Shown here piece by piece: positions 52,039 through 58,578 of a stretch of 64,000 bases of DNA (positions are counted from its first letter, which is position 1; each line of letters begins with the position of its first letter). The notes beneath the pieces are model-generated. The model saw only the letters and a list, made by a program, of their open reading frames with translations. It was not told the DNA's origin and did no database searches. Source of the stretch: Myxococcota bacterium (lineage in GTDB: Bacteria > Myxococcota_A > SURF-8); NCBI GenBank assembly GCA_963674735.2, contig CAXXQS010000001.1, positions 2,048,001 through 2,112,000 on the forward strand, written 5' to 3'. A program made the position numbers and the translations under genes.

Positions 52039-52808
52039 CCCCGCCCGTCCTGGCCGTTTGCGGAAAAGGGGGCGTGGGGAAAACGGCGCTGTCCGCTCTC
52101 TTGGCCCGTGCACTCATCGAACAGGGCCGCAACCCCTTGCTGCTGATCGACGCCGATCCGGCCGGGGGGCTCGTCTCCGCCGTCGGGGAGCGCGTCGTCG
52201 GCACCTTGTCGAGCGCACGACGCGAACTGGTCACGCAGGCGCGTCAAGCCGCCGCCGAATCCGACCGCGAGCAGCTGGCCGCCCGCATCGACTACCTCGT
52301 CATGCAAACCCTCGCGGAACGATCCGAGTATGCGCTTTTGGCCATGGGTCGCGATATCGAGAAGGGTTGCTTTTGTCCGGCCAACACGCTGTTGCGCTCG
52401 GCCATCGACGTTTTGGCCTCCGCCTACGCCGCCGTTTTGATCGACGCCGAAGCGGGTCTGGAACAGATCAACCGGCAGGTCACGCGGCGCGTGGAAACCT
52501 ACCTCGTGATCTGCGACGGCTCGAAGCGCAGTTTCGATACGCTGGCTACGATCGCGCAGATGATCGAAACGGGCACGCTGGCGGTCATCGCGAACCGCAG
52601 TCCGGCCGACACGCCGCCCCCGAACCTCGCCGACATGCAATGGCTGGGGACCGTCCCCGAAGACGCAGAACTGCGCCACTTCGACACCGAGGGACGCTCG
52701 CTGTGGGAACTGCCGCCCGCCAATCCGGCCTTTGCGGCCATGCGCGGGATCGCAAAGAAGCTTTCGCAAATCTGGACGAACGAAAGCGCCGGGGCCATCC
52801 GCGCTTGA
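52035..52808 (+). CDS. cooC: CooC/AcsF-like nickel-insertion ATPase
   Basis: GKGGVGKT, IDADP, GCFC (CxC), IDAEAGLE, VIANR. Confidence 0.85.
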   Translation: MTPPVLAVCGKGGVGKTALSALLARALIEQGRNPLLLIDADPAGGLVSAVGERVVGTLSSARRELVTQARQAAAESDREQLAARIDYLVMQTLAERSEYALLAMGRDIEKGCFCPANTLLRSAIDVLASAYAAVLIDAEAGLEQINRQVTRRVETYLVICDGSKRSFDTLATIAQMIETGTLAVIANRSPADTPPPNLADMQWLGTVPEDAELRHFDTEGRSLWELPPANPAFAAMRGIAKKLSQIWTNESAGAIRA

Positions 52809-52823
52809 CGGAAAGGGAGACCG

Positions 52824-54149
52824 ATGAAAACGATCCGAACGCAAACCGATGTGGTGGTGGCCGGCTCCGGTCCCGGCGGGGCCACGGTCGCGCGTCAACT
52901 CGCCCGAGCCGGAAAGAAAGTGGTGCTGCTCGAAAAGGGACGCGAACAGCGCATGATCGGCAATCACTTCGCCGCGCTGCTTTTCGCCGACCGCCTCGGA
53001 TTGTCGTTCAGCGAAGAAGGCATGAACATCGTGCGCGCCTTCATCTCCGGCGGCTCGACCATCATGTATTGCGGCGCGGCTTCCGAACCGCCCGAGTGGT
53101 TCAACAGCCGCTACGGGATCGACCTCGCCCCCTATTGCCGCGAGACCATCGAAGAACTCAAGCTCGAACCCTTGCCCGATGAAATCGTGGGCAGCGCCGG
53201 GTTGCGCATTCTGGAAGCGGGCAACGAGCTGGGCCACGGATTTCAAAAGCTGCCCAAGTTCATTTCGCCCGAACGTTGCCGCATGCGCTGCGGCGGCACC
53301 TGCATGCTGGGCTGCCCGCACAAAGCCAAGTGGACCGCCCGCGAATACATCCAGGACATGCGCGAGGCCGGAGGCGAGTTGATTGCTCGCGCCGACGTGC
53401 AGGAGGTCATCATCGAAGACGGCGTGGCGCGAGGACTTCGCGCACTCACCCCGCACGGCCTGCTGGAAGTCGCGGCCGAGACCGTCGTCATTGCGGCGGG
53501 CGGCATCGGAACGCCGTCGATTCTGCAACGCTCGGGATTGCATGAAGCAGGACAACGCATGTTCGTCGACCCGCTACTGTTCGTCACCGGCGTCTCGCGC
53601 TTTGCGGGCACCTGCCAAGGACCGCCCATGACCGTGGGCACCTACGACTACATCGAGGAAGGCATCCTGCTATCCGATCTGATCGACCCCTGGGGGATGT
53701 GGCTGATCATGACCTTGCTGCGCAACCCCTCCAAGCTTTTGAACTTTCTGTCCTACCGCCGTCAATTGAGCCTGATGGTGAAGATCGGCGACGAACACGA
53801 GGGCTTCATCACGATGGACGGCCGCATCTCCAAGCCGCTCAGCCTACGCGATCGGCAACGCCTCAACCGCGGGGCCTCCATGGCACGTCAGATTCTCATC
53901 AAGGCGGGCTGCCGTCCCGATTCCATCATGGTCGGCCCGGTGCGCGGCGCGCATCCCGGAGCCACAGCGCGTATCGGCGATGTGGTGGACCGCAACCTGC
54001 AAACGCGCATCCCCGGCCTCTACGTGTCCGACGCCTCGGTCATCCCCGAAGCACTCGACCGCCCGGTGGTTCTCACGCTCATCAGTCTGGCCAAACGCCT
54101 TTCAGAACATCTGCTGGCAGGCGGGAAAGAAAAGATGGGGCAGACGTGA
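52824..54149 (+). CDS. GMC-family oxidoreductase with Cys cluster
   Basis: VAGSGPGG, GGST, CRMRCGGTCMLGC, AAGGIGTP, GAHPG, DASVIP. Confidence 0.88.
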   Translation: MKTIRTQTDVVVAGSGPGGATVARQLARAGKKVVLLEKGREQRMIGNHFAALLFADRLGLSFSEEGMNIVRAFISGGSTIMYCGAASEPPEWFNSRYGIDLAPYCRETIEELKLEPLPDEIVGSAGLRILEAGNELGHGFQKLPKFISPERCRMRCGGTCMLGCPHKAKWTAREYIQDMREAGGELIARADVQEVIIEDGVARGLRALTPHGLLEVAAETVVIAAGGIGTPSILQRSGLHEAGQRMFVDPLLFVTGVSRFAGTCQGPPMTVGTYDYIEEGILLSDLIDPWGMWLIMTLLRNPSKLLNFLSYRRQLSLMVKIGDEHEGFITMDGRISKPLSLRDRQRLNRGASMARQILIKAGCRPDSIMVGPVRGAHPGATARIGDVVDRNLQTRIPGLYVSDASVIPEALDRPVVLTLISLAKRLSEHLLAGGKEKMGQT

Positions 54150-54232
54150 GAGAGAGTGCCTGTTTAAGGAATGCCCCCTCACCATCTTTCAATTTGCATA
54201 TCTTGGGCATGAATGTTGTCCATTCCGCTCAT

Positions 54233-54283
54233 CCGTGTTGGAACGCGTCTCCGACGGGCTCCGGATGTTGCGTCATTCATCTT
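54233..54283 (+). repeat. REP-like repeat copy 1 (51 bp)
   Basis: GTTG + GAACGCGTC-TCC-GACGGGCTC hairpin + tail; 49/51 identical to 58483-58533. Confidence 0.85.
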
Positions 54284-54425
54284 ATTCTTTGGCAGGAACA
54301 GGGCTCTGTCCTGTGCCGCAGGTTTGTCCAACCGAGTAGGACGGGAGCCCTTCGAACGGAAGGGGTCGACAAAGTAGGGAACGGCCAACCTGAAAACGAG
54401 GCGTTCTGGTGTGTGCATACACGAA

Positions 54426-54449
54426 GATGGGCAACAAGTTGCCCATCCT
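54426..54449 (-). repeat. GTAG-type REP palindrome interrupted by the IS110 element
   Basis: GATGGGCAAC-AA-GTTGCCCATC hairpin plus CT. Joining it to AC at 55626-55627 restores CTAC (GTAG on the minus strand). Confidence 0.8.
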
Positions 54450-54463
54450 TGTATTATCCCTTT

Positions 54464-54672
54464 CAAGCGACTGTCATCGTTTGTGATGATAAGATGAAAC
54501 GACCTCCCGTAGCAAGCGGGAGGCCGTGGTGGGCGGCGAGATCGTCCCATCCTGGGGCCTGATGAGCCCGTTTTGTAGCCGGATCCGCCGTCCGTTTCGT
54601 CCGGGAAAACCCGAACAGTCGCAGGGGCCATTGTAATCGAAATGAGCCCGTATTGGCAAGGAAGGGTGCGCC
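54464..54672 (+). ncRNA. Bridge RNA (ends approximate)
   Basis: 5' hairpin at 54503-54523; target loop with CCCATCCT (54546-54553) and GTAG (54575-54578); donor loop with ACAGTCGC (54615-54622) and GCAAG (54656-54660). Each loop has an internal GGGC/GCCC stem. Confidence 0.85.
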
Positions 54673-55608
54673 ATGAAGAAATGGATCGGGATCGACGTCA
54701 GCAAAGCCGTTTTCGATGTCGCCGTCGACGGCGAAAGCACGTGCGTCCGCTACGCTTACACCAAAGCCGGCATGACACGCTTCGTCCGTTCGTTGAAGCG
54801 GATCGAGGTGGAGGGCGTCGTGATGGAAGCCACCGGCGGCTACGAACGGGAGCTGTGCAAACGTCTTCAGAAAGCGGGTTGGCCGGTGGCGGTGGTCAAT
54901 CCCCGGCGCATCCGGGATTATGCCCGCGCCGTCGGCGTGATGGCGAAAACGGATCGACTCGATGCGGGCATCATCGCACGCTACGCAGCCGCCATGCGTC
55001 CCGCACCGAACGAAACGCTCGGCGAAACCGCCCTCCTGTTAAAAGCCCTGTCTTCACGGAGGCGGCAGCTGGTCGCCATGCGCACGATGGAGAAAAACCG
55101 CACCGAACACGTGGGCGATCGGACGATCGGACAAAGCCTGCACCGCATTCTGGAGGTGATCGAACGGGAAATCGAGCGGCTGGATCGGGCCATCGCGGCG
55201 GCCATTGCATCGGATCGGGAGCGCAGCGACCGGGCCGCGCGGCTCCAAACGATGCCGGGCGTCGGCGCGTGCACGGCGAATCTTCTGGTGACGGATCTGC
55301 CGGAGCTGGGGATCTACAACCGGCGGCAGATCGCGGCGTTGATCGGCGTGGCGCCCATGAATCGGGACAGCGGAACGTTTCGGGGTAAACGCATGACCGG
55401 CGGCGGTCGTCATCGCCTGCGCACGGCGCTCTACATGCCGACGCTGGTGGCGATTCAACACAACCCGGTGATTCGCGGACACTACCAGCGGCTGGTCGGA
55501 CGCGGCAAACCGAAGATGACGGCGGTGGTGGCCTGCATGCGAAAATTGGTCCTCATTCTCAACACGATGATGCGGAAAAACGAAGCCTGGAACCCGAATT
55601 TCGCTTGA
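54673..55608 (+). CDS. IS110 recombinase/transposase
   Basis: GIDVSK, MEATG, KTDRLDA (DEDD RuvC-like), PGVG, RDSG catalytic Ser, ACMRKL. Confidence 0.96.
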   Translation: MKKWIGIDVSKAVFDVAVDGESTCVRYAYTKAGMTRFVRSLKRIEVEGVVMEATGGYERELCKRLQKAGWPVAVVNPRRIRDYARAVGVMAKTDRLDAGIIARYAAAMRPAPNETLGETALLLKALSSRRRQLVAMRTMEKNRTEHVGDRTIGQSLHRILEVIEREIERLDRAIAAAIASDRERSDRAARLQTMPGVGACTANLLVTDLPELGIYNRRQIAALIGVAPMNRDSGTFRGKRMTGGGRHRLRTALYMPTLVAIQHNPVIRGHYQRLVGRGKPKMTAVVACMRKLVLILNTMMRKNEAWNPNFA

Positions 55609-55649
55609 CACCGATAACAGTCGCTACTCACTACTCACTAATCATCATT

Positions 55650-55679
55650 CCCGTGTTGGAGCGTGTCTCCGACGGGCTC
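55650..55679 (+). repeat. REP-like repeat copy 2 (30-bp core only)
   Basis: CCCGTGTTGGAGCGTGTCTCCGACGGGCTC. Confidence 0.8.
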
Positions 55680-55695
55680 TCGCTATGCCCCGTTT

Positions 55696-56622
55696 TTAAT
55701 ATGCTTGATGAGGTTGCCTGGACATGTAAAGGATCACAAAGGACTCCATGGGTAGTTTACCGATATTCACGGCTTTTCCCCCCTTATTGCAGTTCGAATC
55801 AACGCAAAGCGATTTAGGCTCTATTGCACATCCTTCATTTCTTAGGAGAATCTGGAATTTGCAAATTAGAGGTTCGTACCCAAACGTAGAGAAAAAGAAT
55901 TCCGAGGTGTCTTCAGGAAACGCATTATATTTCCAGTAGGCTTTTTCCGAGGTAAAGCCTTCAACAGAGACATTGATCTCGGTGAATCCCATTTCCGTAC
56001 CTCTTACATGCTGAAGGCCGACTCCTTTAGGAATTCTCCAGCAATTGGTATTGTCATCCTGCACGGCAAATGAAAAAAAGACGTGTGGCTCAACATCGAA
56101 GGTGATTTCTGAAAGGTCCTGATTCAAAGGAGTTGCAAAAGGGTTCTGCGTAAAGTGGAGGGAGTTTTCCTTCAATTTATATTCCGCAGGAAAGGGAATT
56201 TTGTAACTCTGACATGTTTCCATCTCATTATTGAGATTATAGCTTGAAGGCAATTCATCCTCATCAATAACCCGAATCAACACTGCACTTTTTTCCGCAA
56301 TCCATACCCCATTTGAGGAGGTGAAATCGACTTTCGGCAATACCCCTTCAAACTTTACTCGTTTGCATCTATGTTGCTGTCCGTTCGAGATCCGAAAGGT
56401 TGCTATATCCGAATAATATGATTGGATATTCACTTTAATCGATACATATGCGCCCTCTGTTAATTCCGAGCTGAACTTCGGACACAGGTCTATCCTTCCT
56501 ACATTAACGGATTTGTTTTGGACTTCGCCCGGTCGTGGATGCCTTCCCCCACACACGATCAACAGAACGACAATCGTAGCCAGAGCGGTAACAATCAACA
56601 ACGTTCGCATAACCAATCTCAT
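55696..56622 (-). CDS. Hypothetical exported/lipo-protein, Cys-containing (AT-rich)
   Basis: N-terminal hydrophobic stretch ending LLIV-C; starts a few bases after the upstream stop. Confidence 0.65.
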   Translation of the reverse strand: MRLVMRTLLIVTALATIVVLLIVCGGRHPRPGEVQNKSVNVGRIDLCPKFSSELTEGAYVSIKVNIQSYYSDIATFRISNGQQHRCKRVKFEGVLPKVDFTSSNGVWIAEKSAVLIRVIDEDELPSSYNLNNEMETCQSYKIPFPAEYKLKENSLHFTQNPFATPLNQDLSEITFDVEPHVFFSFAVQDDNTNCWRIPKGVGLQHVRGTEMGFTEINVSVEGFTSEKAYWKYNAFPEDTSEFFFSTFGYEPLICKFQILLRNEGCAIEPKSLCVDSNCNKGGKAVNIGKLPMESFVILYMSRQPHQAY

Positions 56623-56627
56623 TTCGT

Positions 56628-58271
56628 CTACTTGCAGCTCTTTTCCCAATTGTCGATCTCTGATTGGGGAATGGGTGCGGTTTGATATATCCAGCAAATG
56701 ATCAGCTTCTCTTGCACGTCGTTCTGCAACAGGACGCTATCGATCTCCCGGGCATAGTCGTCATATATTTCGTCCTGTATCAATTGCAGGTTAGCCGTTT
56801 CTCGTTCTTCATCCGCCAACAACACCTGAATCAATCTTCGCAGCTGAACAGCAGCGTCTGTTGCATTCTTGACATTGAGCCGATTGAGGGAGAATCGTCT
56901 TTGAATAAGCTTGCGTATTCCCAACGCCTGCGCTCTATCGATTTCCTTGCAAAACTCTTTCAGCGCCTTACGGCTCTCACCGGTTGTCCCATCCTTGATG
57001 ATACGGTCGTATCGATCATTGAACTGTTTCAAATCTTTATACCCCAATTGCGGAGGATCAGGTTTCCCGGGTTTACTAGGTTCCTCAGGTTCGTCACCAT
57101 CAAGCGGTTCAAAATAGGGATCAGGTTCAGGCTTCGGGTACCTCTTTGGCTTCTCCTTGATTTCTTTGTCTTTTTCAGGATTCGGTAGATCCACGGGCGG
57201 CTCTTCATCCAGATCTAATTCATTTTCAATTCCAAAATCAATATCGCCATCTACAATTTTCTGTGGAGTATAATTTTTCGTTTCACTTTGTAGCAGCCAA
57301 ACAATGAATGGAACCAGTAAACCTATCAACATTATTGCGACTACTACTCTTTTATGCCTATCTTGGCTTTTTATAAATTTTTCAATGCTTGGATCTTCTT
57401 CTTTTTCTTCAACAACCAACAGCTGCAAAAAATAGTTGATATATTTCTGCCATGTCGGAAAATCAGACGGTTCTTCCCTGAAAGGAACGATCTTGACGCC
57501 AACATTTTTCCACCTATTGGTAATTTCTGAACTTAGATCGTTTTGATCGACAAACATAACGGCATTCAACACACCTTTGCCGCTATTTTGCGCATTTACA
57601 AAAAGCCGAAGTATTTGTTCCAGGTCGGGATCATCGATCTCGTACCCCATTATCAAACAAGGGTTATCTTGAATTAGTTTGACGGCATGCTTAAATAGTT
57701 CGGATTTTCGAACTCGATCGAACTCAGTGTTTGAAAACACGCCCTGTTTTTCATCTATTGGATGTCCATGTAAGTACAATAAGTCGACAGAGCCTTCTTT
57801 CTTTTTTGCAACCGTCGCACGTGCAGGCTCCATGACTCTCGTGCGTTTGTCATCTTCCAGAAGCGTATCGAACTGACTCGTGGTTATATACGCATCAATG
57901 GGGATTTTCTGTAACAGCTGATGACTATTTCCCGGGGAAAGATCGCTGGCGTTCGCCTTATCCCTGATTGCTTCTTTCAGACCTGTTGAGCCAATGCGCT
58001 GTTCAATCTCCTGAGCGACCGCTCTAATGTCCGTTTGTTCGAATTCATTCTTGTTTTCAACCCCGTAATCTCCAGCTCCTGAATATAATACATAATCCCA
58101 TCTGCGGTAATCTTTGGCCAACTGACCACTTACCCGGTGCGCCGCCATTGAAACTTGATGGCCAACAATAACCACAGGTTTATTGATTTTGGCACTTTGC
58201 ACCCAATTTTGCAGATCTTCTACGTAACTCGCTTCGAATGCCTTTTCCAACTTTTCGAAAGTTGCATCCAT
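56628..58271 (-). CDS. SIR2-like domain + TM helix + Pro/acidic linker + helical C-terminal domain
   Basis: HQLL..YITTSQFDTLLE, LLYLHG, LIMGYEIDDPDL (SIR2_2-like); TM VVVAIMLIGLLVPFIVWLL; PKPEPDP..PGKPDPP linker. Confidence 0.75.
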   Translation of the reverse strand: MDATFEKLEKAFEASYVEDLQNWVQSAKINKPVVIVGHQVSMAAHRVSGQLAKDYRRWDYVLYSGAGDYGVENKNEFEQTDIRAVAQEIEQRIGSTGLKEAIRDKANASDLSPGNSHQLLQKIPIDAYITTSQFDTLLEDDKRTRVMEPARATVAKKKEGSVDLLYLHGHPIDEKQGVFSNTEFDRVRKSELFKHAVKLIQDNPCLIMGYEIDDPDLEQILRLFVNAQNSGKGVLNAVMFVDQNDLSSEITNRWKNVGVKIVPFREEPSDFPTWQKYINYFLQLLVVEEKEEDPSIEKFIKSQDRHKRVVVAIMLIGLLVPFIVWLLQSETKNYTPQKIVDGDIDFGIENELDLDEEPPVDLPNPEKDKEIKEKPKRYPKPEPDPYFEPLDGDEPEEPSKPGKPDPPQLGYKDLKQFNDRYDRIIKDGTTGESRKALKEFCKEIDRAQALGIRKLIQRRFSLNRLNVKNATDAAVQLRRLIQVLLADEERETANLQLIQDEIYDDYAREIDSVLLQNDVQEKLIICWIYQTAPIPQSEIDNWEKSCK

Positions 58272-58482
58272 GATACGGCCCCGCACCTATATTTAATACA
58301 ATTTGTCTGGTGATTCTGTTTGCTTGAACTGCATAGCACGTCATAATAGGTATAATCAAGTATTTTGGTGATTTTCTTGATACGATTGATATCTTGGATT
58401 TGGGTGAGATTTTTCTACTTTTTGGGGATGGCTTTGCGCAACATATTGAGCTTTTTTCTGCTAGTCAAATGGTTCCGATCCC

Positions 58483-58533
58483 CCGTGTTGGAGCGCGTCT
58501 CCGACGGGCTCCGGATGTTGCGTCGTTCATCTT
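58483..58533 (+). repeat. REP-like repeat copy 3 (51 bp)
   Basis: Near-identical direct repeat of 54233-54283. Confidence 0.85.
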
Positions 58534-58578
58534 TCAGGGCAGATCTCTACCCCGAAAATCGGTACCATTCGCGCCCCT

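Larger units (their letters stand above)
54450..55625 (+). mobile_element. Complete IS110-family (IS621-like) insertion sequence
   Basis: Left end CT|TGTATTATCCCT, right end TTGACA..ACAGTCG-CT; CT core at 54448-54449 and 55624-55625; no terminal inverted repeats. Confidence 0.92.

Noticed and set aside
51897-53555. 552-aa minus-strand and 415-aa plus-strand alternative ORFs
   Set aside because: They overlap the well-supported CooC and GMC genes and are high-GC artefacts.
54488-54495. TAAGAT as the junction -10 and IS left end
   Set aside because: There is no CT core there. The 54448-54457 solution gives the core, 17-bp spacing and guide matches.
54233-58533. Possible CRISPR array from the three repeats
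   Set aside because: The spacing is kilobases and irregular and there are no cas genes; the layout is REP-like.
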